A stretch of DNA of 64,000 bases, from assembly GCA_041650695.1 (NCBI GenBank), contig JBAZKS010000008.1, positions 6,080 to 70,079 on the forward strand, given 5' to 3'. Below, one piece after another: positions 43,940 through 52,835 of this stretch (positions are counted from its first letter, which is position 1; each line of letters begins with the position of its first letter). The stretch comes from Elusimicrobiota bacterium. Lineage in GTDB: Bacteria > Elusimicrobiota > Elusimicrobia > UBA1565. Under the pieces are notes generated by a model. The model was not told where the DNA came from. It searched no databases and saw nothing but the letters and a program-made list of their open reading frames with translations. The position numbers were made by a program, and so were the translations under genes.

Positions 43940-45532
43940 ATGAGAATCCTGCTGACCACGATCTGCCGCCCCATCGGCCCCGCGCACGGAGACGCCTCCA
44001 GCGTGGGCTACGAGCTGCTCTTCGGCCAGGTGACTCGAGCCCAAGGCGTGTTCAGCCCGCGGGCCACCCACGAGCAGTACGCCCTCGACTATATCGCGGA
44101 GAACCTGGACGCCCCCACGACCGTCCTCCAATATCCCTCGGGCCGCCAGCTGATCCGCGAGCTGAGGAAGGGCTACGATTATGTGGGCATCTCTTTCATC
44201 CTAGCGACCTTCCACCGGATGAAGGAAGCGGTGGCGCTCATCCGCGAGCATTCCCCGGAGTCCAAGATCGTGCTCGGCGGCTACGGCACGGTGCTCGGCG
44301 ACGACGAGCTCCGGCCCTACGGCGACCATATCTGCCGCGAGGAGGGGGTCGCCTTCATGCGGCGGCTTCTGGGGGAGCCCCCCCGGACCATGCCGTACCG
44401 GCACCCGAACGTGATCAGCCGGCTGAAAGTGTTCTCGGTCCCGGTGTCCAGGACCGCGCTGGTCTTCGCGGGCCTCGGCTGCCCCAACGGCTGCGATTTC
44501 TGCTCCACCTCGCATTTCTTCCGCCGCCGGCACATCCCCCTTCTTCCGACCGGCAAAGACATCTTCCAGGTCCTGCGCCGCTACCAAGACGCGGATCCGG
44601 AGCTCCGCTTCACCGTCCTGGACGAGGACTTCCTGCTCAACAGGCGCCGCGCGGAGGAGTTCCTCGCGTGCGTGCGCGAGTCCGGGAGGACGTTCTCCAT
44701 CTTCGCCTTCGGGAGCATCCGGGCGCTCAGCCAGTACGCGGCGGAAGAACTCGTGGAGATGGGCATCGACGGGCTGTGGATCGGATACGAGGGCGCCCGG
44801 TCCGGCTACCCGAAGCAGCAGGGCCGCCAGCCCTCCGAGCTCTTCCCGGACCTCTTCCGCCACGGCATCCAGGTCCTGGCCTCCATGATCGTGGGCTTCG
44901 ATTATCAGGACCCGAAGGTGGTGCGCGACGAGCTCCGGGGCCTGCTCCGCCTGCGTCCGGCCTTGTCCCAGTTCCTCATCTACGGCCCCACTCCCGGGAC
45001 CCCCTTCTACGAGAGGATCTCCCGCGAGGGAAGATTGAGGCCGCAGTTCTCCCTGGACCGCGGCGCATTCTACCACGAGTGCACCGGGTTCCGGTCCATG
45101 GTGACGCATCCCGTGCTGAGCGGCGAGGAGCTCGAGGGCCTGCAGCGCTGGTGCTTCGAGCAGGACTTCCAGAGACTGGGCCCCTCGATCTTCCGTTCCG
45201 TGCGCTTGTGGCTCAGCGGGTACGAGAATCTGCGCGGCTCGCCGAACCCGGCTCTGCGCCGGAAGGCCGAGCTCTTCGGCCGGCGCGTCCGGGAGGCGGA
45301 TTTCGTCTTCCTGGCCGGCCGTCTCCTCGCCCCGAACCGCCGGATCCGGCGCTGGATCCTGGCCCTGGAGCGCCGCGCGCACCGTGTCCTCGGCCCCGCG
45401 ACCCTTTGGGCGCGCGGCCTCTCCGTGCTGGGCCTCGCCGCGGCCCTATGGACCCGCGTCTCGCTCCGCCTCGACTGGCTCCAGCACCCGGGCCTCGCCC
45501 GCCGCCGCTTCCGGTGGGAACCCGCGCCATGA
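43940..45532 (+). CDS. B12-binding domain radical SAM enzyme
   Basis: 530 aa. N-terminal B12-binding-like domain, then the radical SAM cluster motif GLGCPNGCDFC. Confidence 0.8.
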   Translation: MRILLTTICRPIGPAHGDASSVGYELLFGQVTRAQGVFSPRATHEQYALDYIAENLDAPTTVLQYPSGRQLIRELRKGYDYVGISFILATFHRMKEAVALIREHSPESKIVLGGYGTVLGDDELRPYGDHICREEGVAFMRRLLGEPPRTMPYRHPNVISRLKVFSVPVSRTALVFAGLGCPNGCDFCSTSHFFRRRHIPLLPTGKDIFQVLRRYQDADPELRFTVLDEDFLLNRRRAEEFLACVRESGRTFSIFAFGSIRALSQYAAEELVEMGIDGLWIGYEGARSGYPKQQGRQPSELFPDLFRHGIQVLASMIVGFDYQDPKVVRDELRGLLRLRPALSQFLIYGPTPGTPFYERISREGRLRPQFSLDRGAFYHECTGFRSMVTHPVLSGEELEGLQRWCFEQDFQRLGPSIFRSVRLWLSGYENLRGSPNPALRRKAELFGRRVREADFVFLAGRLLAPNRRIRRWILALERRAHRVLGPATLWARGLSVLGLAAALWTRVSLRLDWLQHPGLARRRFRWEPAP

Positions 45533-45616
45533 GGAGGCATTGATACGTCAATAGCCTCCCACCCGATCGTACTCTGGATCGAACGAGCGGCATACCTTCT
45601 GATCCTGTCCCCGTTC

Positions 45617-46507
45617 TTGGTCGAAGATCTGCGGATCGGGAGGCTGCCGTCGACCTGGCCCGAATGGACCTCCGACGGCGTACTGAGCTGCGTCATCCTG
45701 GGCTTTGTCCTGCTCATCAGGCACAACCGCATCAAGGCCGCGCAGGCGAAAGCGCTGCAGGCGACGCTCAACCAGGCCATCATCCACGACTTGAAGAACC
45801 CGATGACGTCGATCGTGGGCTGCATCTCCGTGCTCAACAGCGAGCCCTTCGATCGGGAGAACCAGCACAGGCTCCTGCGCCTCGCCCTCATCTCCTGCCG
45901 GACGCAGATGGACCTTCTCGAGACGCTGGTGGATACGACGCGCATGGAATACGGGGAGATGACGCTTCAGAAGCGGCCCATCCCGGCCAAGGCATTCGTG
46001 GACTCGTGCCTCAGCGACGTGACGGGCGCGGCGGAGCACCTCGGCATCCGGATCGAGGATTCCAGCGCCCGCCCCTTGTCGGAACAGTTCGTCGCGGACA
46101 CGGACCTCATGCGCAGGGTGGTCACGAACCTCCTGCAGAACGCCATCAAGTACACGCCTCGGGGCGGAGCCGTCTCCTTGGGCGCGGCCTTCAGCAACGG
46201 CAACGTCTCCCTGGAGATCCACGACACGGGCATCGGCATCCCCCAGGGTCAGATCGGCAGGCTCTTCAAGAAATATTTCCGCGTCGAGGGGGGCGAACAA
46301 TCCACTCGCCGCGGAAGCGGGCTGGGACTCTATTTCTGCAAATTGGTCGTCGAGGCTCACCACGGGAGCATCGATGTGCGCAGCGAGACGGGGAGCGGAA
46401 CCACGGTGCGCATCCTTCTGCCCGTGATGCCAAGGAGCTCGGGACATGCCACTGAAGCAAAACGGACGGCAGGCGGGGAAGCCCCGCCTGATGGTGATAG
46501 AGGATGA
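45617..46507 (+). CDS. Sensor histidine kinase (HisKA + HATPase_c)
   Basis: N-terminal TM, H-box IIHDLKNPMTSIVG, N-box LLQNAIKYT, G-boxes HDTGIGI / GSGLGL. Confidence 0.75.
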   Translation: MVEDLRIGRLPSTWPEWTSDGVLSCVILGFVLLIRHNRIKAAQAKALQATLNQAIIHDLKNPMTSIVGCISVLNSEPFDRENQHRLLRLALISCRTQMDLLETLVDTTRMEYGEMTLQKRPIPAKAFVDSCLSDVTGAAEHLGIRIEDSSARPLSEQFVADTDLMRRVVTNLLQNAIKYTPRGGAVSLGAAFSNGNVSLEIHDTGIGIPQGQIGRLFKKYFRVEGGEQSTRRGSGLGLYFCKLVVEAHHGSIDVRSETGSGTTVRILLPVMPRSSGHATEAKRTAGGEAPPDGDRG

Positions 46508-46847
46508 CAACGGCATCCGCGAGATGCTGCGGATCGCCCTCTCTATCTATTATGATATCTCAGCCTTCGCGAACGGGGACGATATCGCCGCGTTGCTCGA
46601 CAAGAATGATCCCGACCTTCTCCTCCTGGACATCAATCTTCCGGGAAGCGACGGCTTCCGCCTATGCGAGAGCATCCGGTCTCGAGCGAAAGACCGGGGC
46701 CTCCCCATCCTCTTCATGACGGTCCGAAGAGAAAACCGGAGCTTCCTCGAATCCCTGGAATCCGGGGGTGATGGCGTGATCACCAAGCCTTTCGTGATGA
46801 AGGAGCTGGTGGACCGGATCGAGACCCTGCTCAAGGGCCGCCTCTAG
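46446..46847 (+). CDS. Single-domain (CheY-like) response regulator receiver
   Basis: LMVIEDDNGIREML...DLLLLDINLPGSDGF...TKPF. It overlaps the kinase by 62 nt; an alternative start is ATG 46491 (MVIEDD). Confidence 0.8.
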   Translation: MPLKQNGRQAGKPRLMVIEDDNGIREMLRIALSIYYDISAFANGDDIAALLDKNDPDLLLLDINLPGSDGFRLCESIRSRAKDRGLPILFMTVRRENRSFLESLESGGDGVITKPFVMKELVDRIETLLKGRL

Positions 46848-46850
46848 ACC

Positions 46851-47789
46851 ATGTCCCTCTGGCTATCCGTTCCGCTCCGCCTCCTCCTCCTCGGACTCGG
46901 CCTGCTGTCTTTCTGCCTGCCCCGCGGCGCCGAGCTGCGCCTCGGCCCGGCCGTCGGCCGGCTCATGTTCAGGCTCGGCTTCTTCAAGCGAAAGACCGTG
47001 CTCGAGAACCTGCGCCACTGCTTCCCCGAACTCACGTCCAAGGAGCTGCGGCGGCTGGCGATCCGGAACTTCGAGCATTACGGCATCCTGTTCTTCGAGT
47101 ACCTGCACTTCTTCGCCCCGGTGCGGGGGCATTACCGCGACTATGTCTCCCGACACGCCAGGCTCCACGGCCTGGAGCGATGGAAGAAGGCCCACGCGAA
47201 GGGGAAGGGCGTCATCTTCGTGGCGTGCCACCTGGGGCATTGGGAGATGCTGGCCTCCGCGGGCGGGATGGCGGGCATACCCCTGACGATCGTAACGAAG
47301 GTCCTCAAGCCCCGCTGGCTTCACGACCAGATCACGGCCGCGAGGCTCTCCACCGGCGTGGCCGCGGCCCATGAGCCGGGCTCGGCCCCGGTCATCCTGA
47401 GGGCCTTGCGCCGCGGCGGCTCCGTGGCGTTCATGAACGACCAGTACACCAAGCCTCCCATGGGGCTTCTCGTGCGCTTCTTCGGCGTGAAGGTCGGCAC
47501 GCTCTCGGTCGCTGGGACCTTGGCCCGGAGGACCGGGGCCGCCGTGCTCCCGACTTATACCTACCGGGACGCGGAAGGCATCTGCCACGTCGTCATCGAG
47601 CCCGAGATGTCCCTGGCCCGGGACCGGGACACCCCCGAAGCCGCGACTCAAGCCGTGTCGGACAAGGTGGAGCAATGGGTGCGGCGGCATCCGACGCAAT
47701 GGCTGTGGATGCACCGCCGCTTCAAGAACGTGACTTGGCCCGTGCCCGAGCTCACCCCGGCAGCTGGACCACGACCTGCCTATCCCTAG
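46851..47789 (+). CDS. Lipid A biosynthesis acyltransferase (LpxL/HtrB family)
   Basis: N-terminal TM, HxxxxD-type acyltransferase region (ACHLGHWEM) and domain organisation typical of Lip_A_acyltrans. Confidence 0.7.
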   Translation: MSLWLSVPLRLLLLGLGLLSFCLPRGAELRLGPAVGRLMFRLGFFKRKTVLENLRHCFPELTSKELRRLAIRNFEHYGILFFEYLHFFAPVRGHYRDYVSRHARLHGLERWKKAHAKGKGVIFVACHLGHWEMLASAGGMAGIPLTIVTKVLKPRWLHDQITAARLSTGVAAAHEPGSAPVILRALRRGGSVAFMNDQYTKPPMGLLVRFFGVKVGTLSVAGTLARRTGAAVLPTYTYRDAEGICHVVIEPEMSLARDRDTPEAATQAVSDKVEQWVRRHPTQWLWMHRRFKNVTWPVPELTPAAGPRPAYP

Positions 47790-48168
47790 GCCGGGTATCG
47801 AACTCCGCCAGCACGATCTGCTGCCAGACGCCCAGCATCAGCCGGCCTTCCTTGAAAGGGACGGTGAGCGAAGGACCCTGGAGCGCGGCCCGCACGTGGG
47901 AGGAGCCGTTATCATCTCCCCAGGTCTGATGGTGCGCGTATTCCTTCCCAGCCGGTGCCAGAGCCTCATAGAGCCTGGCCATGTCCTTCTTGAGCCCCGG
48001 CTCGTACTCGAACGTGGTGATGGCCGCGGTGGACCCGACCACGAAGACCGTGGCCTGGCCTTCGGCCAGGCCTGAGGCCGCCAGGCGCGCCTGCACCGCG
48101 GGGGTGATGTCCACGAGGTCCCCCTGCCCCTGGGTGCGGAACTCGAGAGTCTCTGTCTGTAGCTTCAT
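47752..48168 (-). CDS. yjbQ: YjbQ/UPF0047 family protein (secondary thiamine-phosphate synthase-like)
   Basis: 138 aa. The sequence pattern DITP...ATVFVVGSTAAITTFEYEP...HHQ...GSSHVRAAL is typical of YjbQ. Confidence 0.8.
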   Translation of the reverse strand: MKLQTETLEFRTQGQGDLVDITPAVQARLAASGLAEGQATVFVVGSTAAITTFEYEPGLKKDMARLYEALAPAGKEYAHHQTWGDDNGSSHVRAALQGPSLTVPFKEGRLMLGVWQQIVLAEFDTRPRDRQVVVQLPG

Positions 48169-48177
48169 GGGTGCGGT

Positions 48178-49416
48178 TCAGACCTTTACCGGCAGGGTCA
48201 GGGTGACCGCGACCCCGCCCTCCGGGCGGCGGTCTGCGGCAAGCCCGCCGCCGTGCTTCTTGGCGATCTCCCTGGAAAGATAGAACCCCGCGTCCCGGCT
48301 CTCCGGCAAGGCGGAGCCGGTGTCCTCGAACGCCACCCGCACCCAGCGGCCGTCCCCTTCGAGCGCGGTCCGGACCGTGAGCTTCCCACCCTCCGGCATC
48401 CGCTCGGCCGCGCTTCGCACCAGGTCCGCCAGCACCCGTTCGATGTGCGGCCGGCTCACCTGCAGCTTGGGGACTCCCGGCCCGCAGACGGCCTCGGCCT
48501 GGATGCCCTTGAGCGCGCCCGCGTTCACGGCCAGGGCCTCGCGCACGAGCTCGTGGATGTCGGTCGGGGAGGCGCTGAGCTCCTGCGCGTGGAACAGATC
48601 CATGAAGCCCGACAGGATCCGGGAGCAGTGCTCCGCGCACCGGCGGATACGCTCCAGGTCCGCCCTGATGTCCGGTCTCTTGGGATGCTCCTCGAGCAAG
48701 ACGTCCGTGGTCCCCAGGATCACGGTCAAAGGGTTGCGCAGGTCGTGCACCACTCCGCCGGAGACCAGCCCCACGTCCGCGATACGCTCGCAGCCCTGCA
48801 GGTAGGATTCCGCCTTGACCACCCGGTCCGCCAGGGCGCTCAGGCGTACGCGCTGCCTTCGGATCTTGGCCGCGGTGCGCCGCTCCTTGTCCGCCACGCG
48901 CCACACGGAGAACGCGCCGGCCATGAGGATGGCCGTCTTAAGGACCAGGGACAGCCAGATCTCTCCAGCGATCTCCGGAGCCCAAACCATGTGCATGGCG
49001 CCGTTGAGCGCGGCGATGCCGAGCGAGACCCACAGGACCTCGCGGGCACCGAGCAGGAGGCAGACCGTGTAGATGGGGATGAGGTAGAGGACCCAGAACG
49101 TGGACCGATACCCGCCGGAGAAGGAAAGCGTCCATGTGACCGCAGCGCAGTTGCCGAGCACGAACAGGGCGCCCGCCCACGAGGGGACGCGCCGCAAGCG
49201 TAGGACCGTGCCGGCCAGGACGTTGACCCCGAGCAGCCCGAGCAGGCTGAGGAGGAACCCCGGATACTCCAAATCGGGATCCCCGCGCCAGAGCAGGCTC
49301 AAGGCCACGAGGAACAAGGAGACGAGCGACTCGTATCTGAACGCGAGGGAGACGTCCGGCGCCGCGGGGAGCCTCATGCCGCTCCAATTCTGGCAAATGC
49401 GGCCCTCAATTGGCAT
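48178..49416 (-). CDS. Membrane-bound sensor histidine kinase
   Basis: N-terminal 5-6 TM domain, H-box VHDLRNPLTVILG and HATPase_c (GSALPESRDAG...). Confidence 0.8.
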   Translation of the reverse strand: MPIEGRICQNWSGMRLPAAPDVSLAFRYESLVSLFLVALSLLWRGDPDLEYPGFLLSLLGLLGVNVLAGTVLRLRRVPSWAGALFVLGNCAAVTWTLSFSGGYRSTFWVLYLIPIYTVCLLLGAREVLWVSLGIAALNGAMHMVWAPEIAGEIWLSLVLKTAILMAGAFSVWRVADKERRTAAKIRRQRVRLSALADRVVKAESYLQGCERIADVGLVSGGVVHDLRNPLTVILGTTDVLLEEHPKRPDIRADLERIRRCAEHCSRILSGFMDLFHAQELSASPTDIHELVREALAVNAGALKGIQAEAVCGPGVPKLQVSRPHIERVLADLVRSAAERMPEGGKLTVRTALEGDGRWVRVAFEDTGSALPESRDAGFYLSREIAKKHGGGLAADRRPEGGVAVTLTLPVKV

Positions 49417-49436
49417 AGTATGCTGGTCTCAGACGA

Positions 49437-51526
49437 CCATGACCCTGCTCTCGAGCCCGGTCCAGTACATCAAAGGCGTGGGTCCCAAGCGGGCCGAGCG
49501 CCTGGCCAGGCTCGGCATCCACACCCTGCGCGACCTCCTGTTCCATTTCCCCCGCGCCTGGGAGAACCGGCGCCCCGCCGCTCCGGGGGCCGTCCCGCAG
49601 GAAGGCCCCCTCGTGCTCAAGGGGCGGGTCAAGGAGACCTTCGAGAAGCGGGCCGGCCCGCACCTCTGCCTCTTCATCGCGAAGCTCGCGGTGCCCGAGC
49701 ACGGTCCGGTGGACGCGGTCTGGTTCAAGCGGCCCAGCCGGCGCTACGACGTGTTCCAAACGGTCAAGAGCGAGGTCGGTCCCGGGACCGACCTGTGGGT
49801 GATCGGCCGGGGTGAGGCGGACCTCCTGAAGGTCAAGCGCATCTCGGTCTACGAGTACTACCGCGCCGACGACCCGCGCGCCTCCCTCCACGTGGACCGC
49901 ATCGTGCCGGTCTACCCCACGACCGAGGACCTCCCCGAGCGCTTCCTGCGCGAGCTCGTGGACCGCGCCCTGCGGGAATGCCTGGACCACGTGCGGGAGT
50001 TCCTCCCCCCGGACATCCTCGCCCGCCGCGAGCTCCTGGCCCTGCCCCAGGCCATCGACGGGATCCACCGCCCGCGCTCGGGCGTCCAGCTCGAGGAGGC
50101 CCGCCGGCGCCTGGCTTACGAAGAGCTGCTGCTGCTGGAGATCGCGTGGTCCCTCAAGCACCGCGAGACCCGCGCGGTGCGCAAGGGCTACTCCTACGAG
50201 ATCCGCAGGAACCTGCTCACCCCGCTGCGCGAGCAGCTCGGCTTCGACCTCACCGGCGCGCAGCGCCGCGTGATCAACGAGATCTTCGACGACATGCGCA
50301 AGCCCCATCCCATGACCCGCCTGCTGCAGGGCGACGTGGGCTCCGGCAAGACCGTGGTGGCCATCGCGGCCCTGCTCCTCGCCGTGGAGAACGGCTTCCA
50401 GGGCGCGTTCATGGCCCCGACCGAGATCCTGGCCGAGCAGCACTACTGGACCTTCGGCTCGTTCCTGCGGGACCTGCCGGTACGCGTGGCCCTGCTGACC
50501 TCGGCGGTCCCAAAGAAGGCGCGCGAAAAGACCCTGGCCCGCGTCCGGGACGGCGAGATCGACATCGTGCTGGGGACCCACGCCCTCCTGGAGGGCGACG
50601 TGGCCTTCCGCAGCCTTCGGCTGGCCGTCATCGACGAGCAGCACCGCTTCGGCGTGCGCCAGCGCACGACCCTGCGCCAGAAAGGCCCTCCCCTGGACCT
50701 GCTGGTCATGACCGCCACGCCCATCCCCCGCACCCTGAGCCTGGCCCTCTACGGCGACCTCGAGGTCTCGACCTTAGACGAGATGCCCCCCGGCCGCAGG
50801 CAGACGGTGACGAGGCATGTCCCGGAGGCCGAGGCCTTGGATTTCGTCCGCGGCCAGGTGGCCGAAGGCCACCAGGTCTACATCGTCTACCCCATCATCC
50901 AGGAGTCGAGCACTCTGGACCTCAAGGCCGCGGTCGCGGAGTACGACCGCCTGTCCAAGGATGCCTTCTCCGGACTGCGGGTCTCCCTCGTACACGGCCG
51001 CATGCCCAGTTCCAAGAAGATCCGGGCCATGGAGGATTTCGGCGCCGGAAAGAGCGACATCCTCGTGGCCACTCCGGTCATCGAGGTGGGCGTGGACGTC
51101 CCGAACGCCACGGTCATGGTCGTGCAGGAGGCCGATCGCTTCGGGCTGGCCAGCCTGCACCAGCTCCGGGGGCGCATCGGCCGGGGCCGGGCGCAGTCCT
51201 ACTGCATGCTGGTCGCGGACCCGAAGACCCCGGAGGCCAAGCGCCGGATCTCCATCCTGTGCGAGACCTCGGACGGGTTCCGCATCGGGGAGGAGGACCT
51301 CAAGATCCGCGGGCCCGGGGAGGTCCTGGGGACGGCCCAGCACGGCGAGCTCTCCCTGCGGGTCGCGGACCTCGTCAAGGACACGGACCTTCTCGCGGCG
51401 GCCCGCGAGGACAGCCAGGCCCTGCTGGACGCGGACCCGGACCTCGTGCTGCCCGCCAACGACAGGCTCCGCGAGCGCATCCTGACCCGGTTCAGGCCGG
51501 AGTGGCAGTCCGTGGACCTAGCATAG
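49437..51526 (+). CDS. recG: ATP-dependent DNA helicase RecG
   Basis: Wedge N-domain; Walker A GDVGSGKT; DEQHRFG (DEAH); helicase C-domain; C-terminal RecG motif. Confidence 0.9.
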
Positions 51527-51671
51527 CGGTAGGCCCCCCCCGGCCTCCGTTCAGGCCAAGGGTCCCGCAGCCTCGTCCCAATTCGTCCCACTCCGGCTTG
51601 GGCCGAAAAACCGGCTTTCGCTTCCCCCAAAAGCCCATCCCCTCTCCGCCTCCCCCTGCTATCATAAAATC

Positions 51672-51863
51672 ATGAAGCGCAGGGGAACCCTTTTCTGGAT
51701 CATCTTCCTCCTCGCGGCCATGTTCTTGGGCCCGAGCCTCTTCACCCGCCGGCAGGACACGCTCACCGAAAAACCGGATCAGGCCAGCCTTCGCACCATG
51801 GTGCAGCAGGAAAGGCTCGTGGACGCACCCGCGAACCTGCCGGCAGACAAGGTCCAGCGATAG
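51672..51863 (+). CDS. Small hypothetical membrane protein
   Basis: 63 aa with one TM (LFWIIFLLAAMFL). Weak support only. Confidence 0.25.
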   Translation: MKRRGTLFWIIFLLAAMFLGPSLFTRRQDTLTEKPDQASLRTMVQQERLVDAPANLPADKVQR

Positions 51864-51899
51864 ATAGGAAGAAGTCGTTTTTTTTGGCTTAATATAGCC

Positions 51900-52835
51900 G
51901 TGGCCGCGGCTTTCCTCTCTTTTTTCCTCTGTTTTTCAGCCGGAGCCTCCCCAGCTTCCTCCGTGGACGAGGACGGCAACGTACGCGTCTCCAAGCTGGT
52001 CGAGACCGGCACGCGCACCCTGACGGGATACGACGAATTCCGATTCATCGGCTGGAACGACTCCTGCTCCGTGGCTTACCAGTACCTCAGCTTCCCCCCC
52101 GTGGGAGAGGCGCTCCAGGGAGTCCCGGTCCGCTGGGACATCGGGTCTTGGAGCATACTCCCGGAAGAGGTCGAGCCCCGTGTCTCCTGGGTGGAGCACG
52201 GGATCGCCGGGTCCTCCTGGGACCGGGGACGGGCTCAACGCGGCCTGGCATGGCTCGCGAAGCGCGGCTATTATCGCAAAGCCCGCGTGGAGCGCATCCG
52301 TCAGCCCGCGGAGAATGATCCGCCGGAACTCGACCCGATCCTGGCCTCCACCGCCGCTTTCCAGCTCGGCTACAAGACCTTGTGGCCCCCCGAGAATTTC
52401 AAGCTCCGGGAAGTCTATTACTCCCCCCTGGCGACCTGCGCCTTCTTCGTGTTCCGGGACCTCAAGAACGCCCGTGACAGCTATACCTTCAAGCTCGTCC
52501 GCATCCAGAACCCCAGCATCCGGCACCAGCGCTCGCGCATGCACGTCTCGAACGGGCTGATCTTCTATCGGGCGGCGGATATCTTCGGCGCCCTGGAAGA
52601 GCTCGCCACCGCCAGCGCCATCGACCCGGACTACGCCCTGGCCCGCTACCACCACGCCGTGCTCCTGACCACGCACGGCATGAATGACGAAGCCTTGGAC
52701 GAGCTGGCCGCGGCCCTGAAGCTCGACCCGCGCTTCGCGGAGGAAGCGAAGAAGGCTATCGAGTTCAAGAAGGTCCGCAAGGACCGCCGCTTCAAAGCCC
52801 TCATTAAGAAAGCGGCGGCGAGGCTCAAGGGATGA
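51900..52835 (+). CDS. Secreted hypothetical protein with C-terminal TPR-like helices
   Basis: GTG start. Signal peptide AAAFLSFFLCFSAGA and a C-terminal TPR-like region (IFYRAADIFGALEEL...). Confidence 0.45.
   Translation: MAAAFLSFFLCFSAGASPASSVDEDGNVRVSKLVETGTRTLTGYDEFRFIGWNDSCSVAYQYLSFPPVGEALQGVPVRWDIGSWSILPEEVEPRVSWVEHGIAGSSWDRGRAQRGLAWLAKRGYYRKARVERIRQPAENDPPELDPILASTAAFQLGYKTLWPPENFKLREVYYSPLATCAFFVFRDLKNARDSYTFKLVRIQNPSIRHQRSRMHVSNGLIFYRAADIFGALEELATASAIDPDYALARYHHAVLLTTHGMNDEALDELAAALKLDPRFAEEAKKAIEFKKVRKDRRFKALIKKAAARLKG

Noticed and set aside
45213-45593. Minus-strand 126-aa ORF and other small ORFs inside the B12-rSAM gene
   Set aside because: They are antisense to a confident rSAM coding sequence and Arg/Gly-rich.
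51527-51671. C-rich ~145-nt spacer after recG with a weak CGAAA...TTTCG inverted repeat
   Set aside because: The stem is short and imperfect with no T-tract. There is insufficient evidence for a terminator or structured RNA.
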